The position numbers and the translations under genes are program-made. From Demequinaceae bacterium (lineage in GTDB: Bacteria; Actinomycetota; Actinomycetes; Actinomycetales; Demequinaceae): a stretch of DNA of 32,000 nt. Positions 12,267 to 26,418 of this stretch are shown in pieces (positions within the stretch are counted from its first letter, which is position 1; the number at the start of each line of letters is the position of its first letter). Location: positions 330,001-362,000 of the forward strand of contig OZ252279.1 in NCBI GenBank assembly GCA_965250005.1, given 5' to 3'. The notes under the pieces were generated by a model. The model worked only from the letters and a program-made list of their open reading frames with translations. It was not told where the DNA came from and did no database searches.

Positions 12267-12788
12267 CTACGAGCACGTGGCTTCTTCGTAGTCGCCCAGA
12301 ATCGAGAAGTCAGTCTTGCCTTGCCAGGCCGACGGGTCGGACGCCTCGAGCGCAGCCACGAGTTCCTCGAACGTGTCGCTGTTCTCGGCGGCGTCCGCCA
12401 CGCGGTAGATCGGCCCCATGAATTCGGCGGATAGGTGGGCGAGCTCGTCGGATACCTCCGCGTCCTCCACCGTATCCGCGACGGCCTCGAAGAAGGCCTC
12501 GAATGCGGGGCCCTCCTCGCGGGCCGTCTCAGCGAACTTCTTCGCAAGATCTAGGGCGGTTTCGGCCGGTGCGTCATCGGATGCGGCGCTTCCTACGGCG
12601 GCCAATTCATCCTTCATGCTCGACGTCCAGTTGTCGATCTCGGGCCCGCCAAGGATGAGGTCGCAGAACGTGACGGGCCCAAAGTCGATGTCGGCAACCT
12701 CGGGCGCCGGGGCGGTGCTACCTGAGCAACCGGCGAGCGCCACGGCAGTTGCCGCTGCGGTGAGAACGAGTGAGAGGGGATTTGTCAT
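12267..12788 (-). CDS. Small secreted lipoprotein of unknown function
   Basis: MTNPLSLVLTAAATAVALAGCSGSTAPAPEVADIDFGPVTFCDLILGG has a signal peptide and lipobox (LAGC). ATG at 12788. Confidence 0.8.
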   Translation of the reverse strand: MTNPLSLVLTAAATAVALAGCSGSTAPAPEVADIDFGPVTFCDLILGGPEIDNWTSSMKDELAAVGSAASDDAPAETALDLAKKFAETAREEGPAFEAFFEAVADTVEDAEVSDELAHLSAEFMGPIYRVADAAENSDTFEELVAALEASDPSAWQGKTDFSILGDYEEATCS

Positions 12789-12847
12789 GTGCTCATACTT
12801 TCCGCAAAGTCTGTCACGCGCAACTTTCACGCCCATATCCTGGGGCG

Positions 12848-13414
12848 ATGCAACTGAACAGCAGCCTCACGCGGCTGGTCGCCGCCGCGCGGCTGGAGGA
12901 GGCGCGGCTTGGCGCCATTCGCCTTGTGCTAGTCGATGGCCCCGCGGGCTCGGGCAAGACGACGCTCGCGGCGCGACTGGCCGCGGCTCTCGGTGGCGCC
13001 CAAGTTCTCCACAGCGACGACATGTACGAGGGCTGGAGCGGGCTGGCCACGCTACGCGAGGTTCTCGTGGAGCAAGTGTTCGAACCGCTCGCGCGAGGCG
13101 AGGATGCGGGGTTCGCGGTCTGGGACTGGGCGAGCGGCCAGCGCGGTGAGGTGCTCGGCGTCCCCGCGTCGGACTTCCTTGTGATCGAGGGCGTTGGCGT
13201 TGCTCAGCGCGACGCGCGCCCGTTCGCGAGTTTGGTGGTCTACGTGGAAGCGCCGTGGGCGGAGCGACTGCGCCGGGGGATCGAGCGTGACGGCGAGGAG
13301 ATGCGCGCGCACTGGGAGCGGTGGCAGCTGGAGGAACTCGAGTTCCTTGCCGAGCACGGCACGCGAGAGGCGGCGGACGCCATCGTCGATGGCGCTGCTG
13401 TCCTGCCCGACTAG
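12848..13414 (+). CDS. P-loop NTPase, uridine kinase-like
   Basis: RLVLVDGPAGSGKTTLAARLAAALGG (Walker A), VLHSDDMYEGWSG, DFLVIEGVGV. ATG 12848 is the preferred start. Confidence 0.82.
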   Translation: MQLNSSLTRLVAAARLEEARLGAIRLVLVDGPAGSGKTTLAARLAAALGGAQVLHSDDMYEGWSGLATLREVLVEQVFEPLARGEDAGFAVWDWASGQRGEVLGVPASDFLVIEGVGVAQRDARPFASLVVYVEAPWAERLRRGIERDGEEMRAHWERWQLEELEFLAEHGTREAADAIVDGAAVLPD

Positions 13415-13464
13415 CGTCACCGCGTCCCTCGAACGTCTCCGACCCCTGGCAGACTAGGCACACT

Positions 13465-14727
13465 ATGAGCGACATCCTCGAAGAGCTCGCCTGGCGCGGT
13501 CTCATTGCCCAGTCCACAGACCAATCCGCCCTGCGCGAGGAGCTCGAGAAGGGCCCCATCACGCTGTACTGCGGGTTTGATCCCACCGCACCCAGCCTGC
13601 ACTTGGGCAATCTCATGCAGATCCTCACGGTGCGCCGGTTCCAAGATGCGGGCCACCAGCCACTCCTGCTGGTGGGCGGCGCTACGGGGCTCGTCGGCGA
13701 CCCGCGCGATGCGGGGGAGCGCACGCTCAACTCTGTGGAGACCGTCCACGAGTGGGTCGAACACATCCGCGCCCAAATCGAGCCGCTCATGAGCTTCGAG
13801 GGTGACAATGCCGCGGTCATGGTCAATAACTATGACTGGACCAAGGACATGGACGCGATCGCGTTCCTGCGCGACATCGGCAAGCACTATCGGCTGGGGA
13901 CGATGCTCGCCAAAGAGGCTGTCGCACGCCGGCTCAACAGCGACGAGGGGATTTCCTACACGGAGTTTTCCTACCAAGTGCTGCAGGGCATGGACTTCCT
14001 TGAGCTCTACCGCCGCCACGGCTGCCTGCTGCAAACCGGCGGCTCCGACCAGTGGGGAAACCTGCTCAGTGGCACGGAACTGATCCGCAAGTCCGAAGGC
14101 GTCACTGCCCACGCACTGGCCACGCCGCTCGTCACCAAGGCCGACGGCACCAAGTTCGGCAAGACAGCCGAGGGCGCGATCTGGCTCAACGCAGAGATGA
14201 CCAGTCCGTACGCGATGTACCAATTCTGGCTCGGAAGCGCCGATGCCGACGTGGTCGATTACCTCAAGTACTTCACTTTCCGCACGCGCGACCAGATCGC
14301 CGCGCTCGAGGCCGCCGTTGCCGACGAACCCTTCAAGCGCGAGGCCCAGAAGACGCTCGCACACGACGTCACTTCACTGGTGCACAGCTCCGCGGCCGCA
14401 GATGCCGTCGTGGCGGCCTCGCAGGCGATCTTTGGCCGTGGGGAGCTGGCCGGGCTGGACGCCGCCACGTTGGACGGAGTGGCCTCCGAGGTGCCCAGTG
14501 CAGACGTTCCGGCGGGCACCACGATCGTCGGCGCGCTTGTGGCTGCGGGACTCGTGGAGTCGAAGTCCGCAGGCGCGCGTGCGGTCAAAGAAGGTGGCGC
14601 CTACCTGAACAACGAGGCGGTCGCCGATGCCGACTTGAGCTTGTCCGCTGAGCACGCGATCGCTGGTGGTTGGGCCGTGATTCGGCGCGGCAAGAAGACC
14701 GTGGGAATGGTCCGCATCGGCGCTTAG
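13465..14727 (+). CDS. tyrS: Tyrosyl-tRNA synthetase
   Basis: MSDILEELAWRGLIAQSTD, YCGFDPTAPSLHLGNL (HIGH-like), TKADGTKFGKTAEGAIWL (KMSKS-like), C-terminal S4 domain. Confidence 0.97.
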   Translation: MSDILEELAWRGLIAQSTDQSALREELEKGPITLYCGFDPTAPSLHLGNLMQILTVRRFQDAGHQPLLLVGGATGLVGDPRDAGERTLNSVETVHEWVEHIRAQIEPLMSFEGDNAAVMVNNYDWTKDMDAIAFLRDIGKHYRLGTMLAKEAVARRLNSDEGISYTEFSYQVLQGMDFLELYRRHGCLLQTGGSDQWGNLLSGTELIRKSEGVTAHALATPLVTKADGTKFGKTAEGAIWLNAEMTSPYAMYQFWLGSADADVVDYLKYFTFRTRDQIAALEAAVADEPFKREAQKTLAHDVTSLVHSSAAADAVVAASQAIFGRGELAGLDAATLDGVASEVPSADVPAGTTIVGALVAAGLVESKSAGARAVKEGGAYLNNEAVADADLSLSAEHAIAGGWAVIRRGKKTVGMVRIGA

Positions 14728-14961
14728 ACGCGGTCAGCGGGAGAGAGCGACACGCCCGAAACTGGGCGATTTGACGCGGCCCCCCGAAGCCCGTAAGTTT
14801 GCCCTCGCTGCCTGAAACGGAAGCGCTCGACGGAGGACTGAAGAAGGCCACGGAGAGTATCCACAGGAAGCCCCTCTTGGAAAACGGAATGGTGCTTTGC
14901 GCGCCAAACCCGAGTACTGTAGAGGGTCCCTCCCCAGTTGGTCGGAGTGCCGCGAGGCGTT

Positions 14962-14990
14962 TTGACAGAGGGGGCCAGAGGGAGTAGCGT
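14962..14990 (+). promoter_or_regulatory. rRNA operon promoter: TTGACA (14962-14967), 17-nt spacer, TAGCGT (14985-14990)
   Basis: Exact -35 consensus with optimal spacing, about 260 nt upstream of 16S. Confidence 0.8.
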
Positions 14991-15050
14991 AGAAGGGTTG
15001 CCTCGGCGCCGGTCGCAAGACCAGCGAAGATGCGCGTCCGAACCTTGAGA

Positions 15051-16958
<1,908 letters not shown>

Positions 16959-17115
16959 CCTGAGGGCTCGGGCTTACGCCTGACCTCAGGCCGGATCCCG
17001 CTCAGGTGGGTACGGCCGGATGGACCATCGGACCTGGTTGAACCACCTCGAGCGGTGCACTTTGCACCTAGATCGAGGCAGGCGCCAGAAGAAGATGGGC
17101 CCACCCGTAGTTTGA

Positions 17116-20289
<3,174 letters not shown>

Positions 20290-20329
20290 CCGAGATACGG
20301 TCGGGAAACCGCTTGATATCTCCATAGAG

Positions 20330-20447
20330 TTTCGGCAGCCACAGCGAGGGGGAAACGCCCGGTCCCATTCCGAACCCGGAAGCTAAGCCCCTCAGCGCCG
20401 ATGGTACTGCACTGGTGACGGTGTGGGAGAGTAGGTCGCTGCCGGAC
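20330..20447 (+). rRNA. rrf: 5S ribosomal RNA
   Basis: GGCAGCCACAGCGAGGGGGAAACGCCCGGTCCCATTCCGAACCCGGAAGCTAAGCCC...GTGGGAGAGTAGGTCGCTGCC. Confidence 0.95.
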
Positions 20448-20457
20448 ATCCTTTCGC

Positions 20458-20486
20458 GATGGCCGCCCCTTTACGGGGCGGCCATC
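20458..20486 (+). terminator. rRNA operon terminator
   Basis: GATGGCCGCCCC-TTTAC-GGGGCGGCCATC: perfect 12-bp stem with 5-nt loop, 11 nt after 5S. Confidence 0.88.
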
Positions 20487-20551
20487 TGCATTTGTCCTAC
20501 GTGGATTCCCGTGCGTTCTCTACAATGACTACGCACGCCGAACGGAGAAAC

Positions 20552-21829
20552 ATGAACAGCGACTCTCGCTCAGACCGCGGTCCGAAGAAGCCACGCGATG
20601 GCTCCGGAAGCGGTTCTCGCGGCGCGTCACGCGGTGGCTCAAGCGGCCGAGGAGGCTCTATTCGGGGCGGCAGCTCGCAGCGCGACGCGGGCGCTGGACG
20701 CGGAAGTGGGCCTGGTGGCGGATCCTCAGGAGGAGGCTGGTCGCGCGACGGCTTCGACCGCAAAGAGGGTGCAGGCAAGAACGATCAATCGAGCGGTGGC
20801 CCGCGACGCGACCGGAAGCCGCCACAGCGTGGAACCCCTGATGAACGCGCCCGCGCAAGGTACGACCGCGGCCAGGATCGCGCGGCAGGAGCCGGGAGCG
20901 GGCCGCGCCGCGTCTACAACGACGACAAGACTGCGACCGAGCGCCGCGGCAGGCGCGCGGACGAGGTGCCCAAGATCGAGGCTCCCGAGATTCCAGAGGA
21001 AGTCGAATTCGCCGATTTAGACAAGCCCACGCGCGCGCGAATGCGCACGCTGAGCAAAGATAACGCCGACGACGTAGGCAGGCACATGGTGATGGTCGGC
21101 GCACTCCTGGATATCGATCCAGAGCTCGCCTACAAGCACGCACTGGTGGCCGTCGCCCGCGGGGGGCGCGTGGACGTCGTGCGGGAGGCCATGGCCCTGG
21201 CCGCATACGCGACCGGTCGCTACGCTGAGGCGCTTCGCGAGCTGCGGACGGTCCGACGGCTCAACGGTGAGAGCGAGAACCTCGCGCTCATGGCTGACTG
21301 CGAACGCGGACTTGGGAGACCCGAGCGGGCCCTCGCCCTCACCCAGTCCGATGAGGCAAAGGGCATTTCGCCCGAGGCGTCCGCCGAGTTGCAAATCGTT
21401 GCAGCCGGGGCTCGTCTTGATTTGGGACAGGCCGACGCGGCGGTTGCCACACTCCGCGCGATCGAGGCGCCCACACCGGAGGTGCTCGAGCGGGCCGAAG
21501 GGGCGTTGGTCGACGCGTACCGGGCGGCAGGCAAGGAAGACCAGGCTAACGCCCTCGAGCAGAAGCTCACCAAACGGGCATTGGAACGCGGGCCAGAAGA
21601 GCCAATCGAACTCGACACCTTCGTCTACGACACAGCGACCGAGGAGGTCGTCGAGGACGAGTTCGCGCCACAGACGGCTGACGCAGATGCGGATGTTTCC
21701 CCTGGTAAAGAGCCCAATGCGAATGGCGCGAACGAAGAAGGCGGCGACTCGAATGCACCCGGCATCGTGGGTGACGCGGCAGCCCCAACCGCGCCGCGCG
21801 CGGCTGCGGACCCAGAGGAGGCCGCGTGA
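20552..21829 (+). CDS. Tetratricopeptide-like repeat protein with a Gly/Arg/Ser-rich disordered N-terminus and acidic C-terminus
   Basis: MNSDSRSDRGPKKPRDGSGSGSRGASRGGSSGRGGSIRGG, then ADDVGRHMVMVGALLDIDPELAYKHALVAVARGGRVDVVREAMALAAYATGRYAEALRELRTVRRL, helical repeats. Sits upstream of a HAD hydrolase as in other actinobacteria. Confidence 0.88.
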   Translation: MNSDSRSDRGPKKPRDGSGSGSRGASRGGSSGRGGSIRGGSSQRDAGAGRGSGPGGGSSGGGWSRDGFDRKEGAGKNDQSSGGPRRDRKPPQRGTPDERARARYDRGQDRAAGAGSGPRRVYNDDKTATERRGRRADEVPKIEAPEIPEEVEFADLDKPTRARMRTLSKDNADDVGRHMVMVGALLDIDPELAYKHALVAVARGGRVDVVREAMALAAYATGRYAEALRELRTVRRLNGESENLALMADCERGLGRPERALALTQSDEAKGISPEASAELQIVAAGARLDLGQADAAVATLRAIEAPTPEVLERAEGALVDAYRAAGKEDQANALEQKLTKRALERGPEEPIELDTFVYDTATEEVVEDEFAPQTADADADVSPGKEPNANGANEEGGDSNAPGIVGDAAAPTAPRAAADPEEAA

Positions 21830-22836
21830 GCCATCTCGGACTTGTGGGGTCCGAGATCCCACTGCAGGAGGCGTTCGACTCTGCTCTCGTTGACCTCGAC
21901 GGAGTGACCTATCGAGGCCCCGAGGCGATTCCCAGTGCGCCGCCCGCTCTTGCCGCTGCGCGCGAGGCGGGCATGAATTTGATGTATGTCACTAACAACG
22001 CCAACCGCGAGCCAGAGACGGTCGCGGCCCACTTGAGCGACGTGGGTATTCCCGCGACCACCTCTGAGATACTGACGGCCGCGCAGGCCGCCGCCGCGAT
22101 GTTGAGTGAGCGGCTTGACGCCGGCGCCCGCGTACTCGTTGTTGGTGGCGCCGGCCTCAGGAGTGCGGTTTCCGCGGTGGGCCTCGCCGTGGTCAATTCA
22201 GCAGATGATGCTCCGGTTGCGGTGGTCCAGGGATATGCACCCGAGATCGGCTGGCTTGAGCTCGCTGAGGCGACCTACGCCGTGCGCGCGGGCGCCTACT
22301 TCCTTGCGTCAAACATGGATATGACGCTTCCGACGGCGCGCGGGTTCGCGCCTGGCAACGGCTCGCTCGTTGGCGTAGTCGTCGCCGCAACGGGAGTCGT
22401 CCCCGACAGCGCGGGCAAACCTGAGCCCGCCATGTTCCACATCGCGGCCCAGCGGGCATCATCCGACCGGCCGCTCGTCATCGGCGACCGACTGGACACC
22501 GACCTGGCTGGCGCGCGCGCAGCAGGTTACCCCGGACTCATGGTGCTGACCGGCGTCAATGACGCTCGGGACGCCATTCTTGCGGTCCCGCTGGAGCGCC
22601 CGAGTTTCATCGGGGAGACACTCGACGTGCTGGCGCAGCCCCATCCGGCACCAACTGAACGCGAAGGATGGTGGCACGTGCGAGGAGCCAGCTCGCGCAC
22701 CGTCGACGGGCATTTGGAGTTCTCGGGCAGCGCGGGAATCGATCGCGTCCGTGCGGCGTGTGCTGCAGCGTGGGCGGCGGCAGATGCAGGTGTGACCTTA
22801 ACCATTGAGTCATCTATAGAACTCGGGTTATCATGA
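21826..22836 (+). CDS. HAD-IIA family hydrolase
   Basis: DSALVDLDGVTYRGPEAIPSAPPAL (DxDG motif I), YVTNNA (motif II), GKPEPAMF, LVIGDRLDTDLAGARAAGYPGLMVLTGV. GTGA overlap with the preceding gene. Confidence 0.93.
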   Translation: MSHLGLVGSEIPLQEAFDSALVDLDGVTYRGPEAIPSAPPALAAAREAGMNLMYVTNNANREPETVAAHLSDVGIPATTSEILTAAQAAAAMLSERLDAGARVLVVGGAGLRSAVSAVGLAVVNSADDAPVAVVQGYAPEIGWLELAEATYAVRAGAYFLASNMDMTLPTARGFAPGNGSLVGVVVAATGVVPDSAGKPEPAMFHIAAQRASSDRPLVIGDRLDTDLAGARAAGYPGLMVLTGVNDARDAILAVPLERPSFIGETLDVLAQPHPAPTEREGWWHVRGASSRTVDGHLEFSGSAGIDRVRAACAAAWAAADAGVTLTIESSIELGLS

Positions 22837-22839
22837 GGG

Positions 22840-23010
22840 ATGGAAGAATTAGAACCTACGCGCGACGCGATTGGTGAAACGTCGTACCCGCCTGACGTCG
22901 AAGAGGCGCTGAAGGCAGTTTCTGAGTTGCCCGAGGACCCCTCCGAGCAAGCCGAGTACTACGACAAGATCCAAGAGGCACTTTCCACGCGTCTTCGCGA
23001 CGAGTCCTAA
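22840..23010 (+). CDS. Small conserved-type protein (56 aa) between the HAD hydrolase and tlyA; missed by the supplied ORF track
   Basis: ATG 22840: MEELEPTRDAIGETSYPPDVEEALKAVSELPEDPSEQAEYYDKIQEALSTRLRDES, stop 23008-23010. Position matches the small ORF before tlyA in other actinobacteria (e.g. Rv1693). Confidence 0.8.
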   Translation: MEELEPTRDAIGETSYPPDVEEALKAVSELPEDPSEQAEYYDKIQEALSTRLRDES

Positions 23011-23017
23011 GCGCTCG

Positions 23018-23851
23018 ATGCGCCTTGACCGCGCGCTTCACGCGCGGGGATTGGCGAGGTCGCGCACCCACGCGCAGGCGCTCATTGCCGAAAAGTCTGT
23101 CCTTGTAGATGGCAACGTCGTCACCAAGCGGGCCTTCGAGGTTGAGCACCAGCAACTTGAACTTGCGGCGGACGCCGACCATTATGTCTCCCGCGGCGCC
23201 CACAAGTTGGTTGGCGCGCTGGCTTCATTCGCGCCTGCGGGGCTAGTCGTGACGGGTCGCGAGTGCATGGATGCAGGCGCGTCAACTGGCGGGTTCACTC
23301 AGGTGCTACTCGAGGACGACGCGGCGAGTGTCCTGGCGGTGGACGTCGGGCACGATCAGTTGTCGCCTGCGATCGCCCGTGACCCGCGGGTGGATGCGCG
23401 AGAGGGAATCAATGTACGCGACTTCGTACCGCCAAGTGACGCCGCCCGGGTCGAGTTCCTGGTTGCCGACTTATCGTTCATCTCCCTGAGGCACGTCTTG
23501 CCGGGGTTGGCGGCATGGCTGCGTCCCGGTGCGGACGCCCTACTGATGGTCAAACCCCAGTTCGAAGTAGGGGCGGGTGGCCTCGGCAAGGGAGGTGTCG
23601 TCCGCAGCGCCGACGCGCGGGCAGGAGCTGTCGCATCGGTGGCTCAATCGGCCCGGGAGGCGGATCTCCACCTATTCGACGTGGCACGTAGCAGGTTGTC
23701 GGGGCCGCGTGGGAATGTGGAGTACTTCATCTGGTGCGGGAAACCGTGGCAGGCTGAACAGGCACCGTCCGGCCAGCAAGACACCCGGCCGCGATTGGAT
23801 GAGGAGTCGCTCGCACGAGCGATCGACCGCGAGGTGAAGGGAGAGGTATGA
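23018..23851 (+). CDS. tlyA: TlyA family rRNA (cytidine-2'-O)-methyltransferase
   Basis: MRLDRALHARGLARSRTHAQALIAEKSVLVDG (S4 domain), MDAGASTGGFTQVLLEDDAASVLAVDVGHDQL, VADLSFISL, MVKPQFEVG. Confidence 0.93.
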   Translation: MRLDRALHARGLARSRTHAQALIAEKSVLVDGNVVTKRAFEVEHQQLELAADADHYVSRGAHKLVGALASFAPAGLVVTGRECMDAGASTGGFTQVLLEDDAASVLAVDVGHDQLSPAIARDPRVDAREGINVRDFVPPSDAARVEFLVADLSFISLRHVLPGLAAWLRPGADALLMVKPQFEVGAGGLGKGGVVRSADARAGAVASVAQSAREADLHLFDVARSRLSGPRGNVEYFIWCGKPWQAEQAPSGQQDTRPRLDEESLARAIDREVKGEV

Positions 23852-24708
23852 CGCGCCGAATTCTCGTTGTCGCACACCCAAACCGGAAGGGAACTGTCGA
23901 AGCCTTCGCGACCGCCGTGCTGGAACTCGAGCGGCATGGCGCGACGACGGTTGTGGACTTCGACTCTAGGTCCAACGCGACTGTCGACGCTGCGCTGGTA
24001 CTCGGCGGCGACGGCACAATGTTGCACGCGGCAAACCTGACCCGCGGCTTTGACATTCCGCTCCTCGGCGTCAATTTTGGCCGAGTCGGGTTCCTGGCAG
24101 AACTCGAAAGCGACGGCCTCAAAGAGGCGGCTGTGTGCCTCGCAGAAAACACCTATTCCGTCGAAGAGCGCGGCACACTCGAATGGGTAGTGAAGCCACC
24201 CAAAGGCGTGGCCACTCAGGGGTGGGCGCTCAATGAACTAACAGTCGAACGCTCGGATCCCCGCCGCACACTTGAGGTCGAAATCGAGGTGGATGGCATG
24301 CCGCTGTCCACGTTCGGCTGCGACGGCGTGGTGATGTCGACGGCCACGGGATCGACCGCGCACGCGTTCAGCGCTGGCGGTCCCGTGATGTGGCCCAACG
24401 TCGACGCCTTGCTCATGGTGCCGCTAGCCGCGCACGCGCTGTTCGCCACGCCGCTTGTGGTCGGTCCCGAGTCGTGGTTTGCGGTGGAGATCGCGGCGGA
24501 CTCTTCCTCCGCGGGGCTTGCCGTGGCCGACGGCGCCAGAAGCGTGGACGCTCCGTTGGGCTCGCGCGTCGAGGTGCGCCGGTCGGCTAAGAAGGTGCTG
24601 CTTGCGCGCAAGACCGACTCGACGTTTGCCGAACGGCTCATCACCAAGTTTGACCTGCCTACCGAGGGCTGGCGCGGCGAGCGCGGCCACGGATCCCCGG
24701 GGGCCTAG
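23848..24708 (+). CDS. nadK: NAD kinase
   Basis: LGGDGTMLHAANL (GGDGT), PLLGVNFGRVGFLAE, TATGSTAHAFSAGGP. ATGA overlap with tlyA. Confidence 0.96.
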   Translation: MTRRILVVAHPNRKGTVEAFATAVLELERHGATTVVDFDSRSNATVDAALVLGGDGTMLHAANLTRGFDIPLLGVNFGRVGFLAELESDGLKEAAVCLAENTYSVEERGTLEWVVKPPKGVATQGWALNELTVERSDPRRTLEVEIEVDGMPLSTFGCDGVVMSTATGSTAHAFSAGGPVMWPNVDALLMVPLAAHALFATPLVVGPESWFAVEIAADSSSAGLAVADGARSVDAPLGSRVEVRRSAKKVLLARKTDSTFAERLITKFDLPTEGWRGERGHGSPGA

Positions 24709-24710
24709 AC

Positions 24711-26399
24711 GTGCTTCACGAACTCAGCATCGAGAACCTCGGCGTCATCAAGTCTGCGCGCCTCACGCTCGACCATGGGTTGAGTGTTCTCACAGGCGAG
24801 ACGGGCGCGGGCAAAACCATGGTGCTTACCGGCCTCGCGCTCGTGACGGGGGGCAAGGCTCCCACCGCCATCGTGCGCTCAGATGCCGCCGCCGCCCTCG
24901 CGGAAGCCGTCGTGGACTTGCCTCCAGGAGGTGGAGCGGCACTCAAACTCGCCGACGCGGGCGTGATCCAGGACGACGACGGCACCGTCGTGATCGCGCG
25001 TTCGCTCGGCGCGACAGCGCGGTCGCGCACCGTTGTCGGCGGCAGGCAGGTGCCCCAGGCGCTGCTTGCGGAATGCGCGGCCGAACTAGTGACGGTCCAC
25101 GGCCAAAGCGATCAGGTGCAGTTGCGATCCGCTGCGCGGCAACGTGACACGCTTGACAAGTACGCGGGCGCAAGCCATCTAGCCACGCTTGGCGCCTATC
25201 GCGCCGCGTGGGCGCAGCTCGCTGAACAACGCGAGAGCCTCGAAAAGATGCAGGCTGGGGCTGACCAGGAGCGGCAGGTTGTCCAACACATGCGAAATGA
25301 CCTTGACGCGATTGCCGCCGTTGATCCACAGCCCGACGAGGATGTGGTGCTGGCCGCTGAGGCCAAGGTGCTGGAGAATGCCGAGGCCGTTAGGCGCGGA
25401 ACCACCGACGCGCGGGATGGACTTACTGGTGATGCCGAACAGACCGTGTTGTCAGCGATCGAGGCGGCCAAGCGCGCACTTGGCGACGCGGCGCAGCACG
25501 ACGCAACTCTAGAGGAACAGATCAAGCGGCTCGACGAGGCCAGCTACGCACTAACGGACGTGGGCTCGGAACTCACTGACTACCTGAGCGCGCTCGACGC
25601 GGATCCTGCGCGTCTGGACGCCGTCCTGCAGCGCCGCAGCGACATCGCGGGGTTGTGCCGCAGGCTCGGTCGGGACGGCGCGGGAGTACTCGTGTACGCG
25701 CAAGAAGCCGCGGCGCGAGTGGCAGACCACGATTCGTGGGACGAGCGACTCGCGTCCAGCCAGGCGGATGCGGACGGGCTCGCGGCTGAGGTAATGCGGT
25801 TGGCTGAGGAACTGAGCGTCGGGCGCGGCGAAGCAGCGGTACGCCTCGCCCAGTCCGTGAATGAAGAGCTGCAGCAACTTGCGATGGCAACGGCCACGTT
25901 TGGCGTTCAAACTGACCCCGTTGATGCCGGGCCCTATGGCTCGGATGCGGTCGCCATGACTCTCTCAGCGCATTCGGGTGCGCCGCAACGCCCGCTCGCA
26001 GACGCCGCCTCCGGAGGTGAACTCTCACGTATCATGCTTGCTCTCGAGGTATCGCTTTCGCACGGCAACGTAGCGCCGGGGCACACATTCGTCTTCGACG
26101 AAGTTGATGCGGGAGTCGGGGGCCGTGCCGCGATAGCGGTGGGCAGGCGGCTCGCCGAGCTCGCGCGAACTCAACAGGTCCTTGTTGTGACGCACTTAGC
26201 GCAGGTTGCCGCGTTCGCGGATCATCACATCGTGGTGCGAAAGGACACGGATGGAATGGTCACTACGTCGCACGTGACGGAGGTGACGGGCGAAGATAGA
26301 GTTCAGGAAGTGGCAAGGCTCCTCAGCGGTCAGGAGGATTCGTCCACCGCAAGGGCGCACGCCCTTGAATTGATCGAAGGTTCAGCCGTCTCAAGTTAG
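24711..26399 (+). CDS. recN: DNA repair protein RecN
   Basis: MLHELSIENLGVIKSARLTLDHGLSVLTGETGAGKTMVLTGLALVTG, LVTVHGQSDQVQL, ASGGELSRIMLALEV, FVFDEVDAGVGGRAAIAVGRRLAELARTQQVLVVTHLAQVAAFADHH. Confidence 0.97.
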   Translation: MLHELSIENLGVIKSARLTLDHGLSVLTGETGAGKTMVLTGLALVTGGKAPTAIVRSDAAAALAEAVVDLPPGGGAALKLADAGVIQDDDGTVVIARSLGATARSRTVVGGRQVPQALLAECAAELVTVHGQSDQVQLRSAARQRDTLDKYAGASHLATLGAYRAAWAQLAEQRESLEKMQAGADQERQVVQHMRNDLDAIAAVDPQPDEDVVLAAEAKVLENAEAVRRGTTDARDGLTGDAEQTVLSAIEAAKRALGDAAQHDATLEEQIKRLDEASYALTDVGSELTDYLSALDADPARLDAVLQRRSDIAGLCRRLGRDGAGVLVYAQEAAARVADHDSWDERLASSQADADGLAAEVMRLAEELSVGRGEAAVRLAQSVNEELQQLAMATATFGVQTDPVDAGPYGSDAVAMTLSAHSGAPQRPLADAASGGELSRIMLALEVSLSHGNVAPGHTFVFDEVDAGVGGRAAIAVGRRLAELARTQQVLVVTHLAQVAAFADHHIVVRKDTDGMVTTSHVTEVTGEDRVQEVARLLSGQEDSSTARAHALELIEGSAVSS

Positions 26400-26418
26400 G
26401 CGTGACAACATAAGGGAC

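Noticed and set aside
14890-14925. Second upstream rrn promoter around TACTGT (14915-14920)
   Set aside because: No -35 at suitable spacing. The nearest TTGCGC is only 12 nt away.
20459-20551. Upstream extension of the TPR ORF (MAAPLRGGHLHLSYVD...)
   Set aside because: It overlaps the rrn terminator hairpin. A start at 20552 with upstream ACGGAG is more plausible.
22826-22870. Apparent frameshift at the start of the small ORF before tlyA
   Set aside because: Re-reading nucleotide by nucleotide (ACG CGC GAC GCG ATT) shows one continuous frame from ATG 22840. My first reading had dropped two bases.
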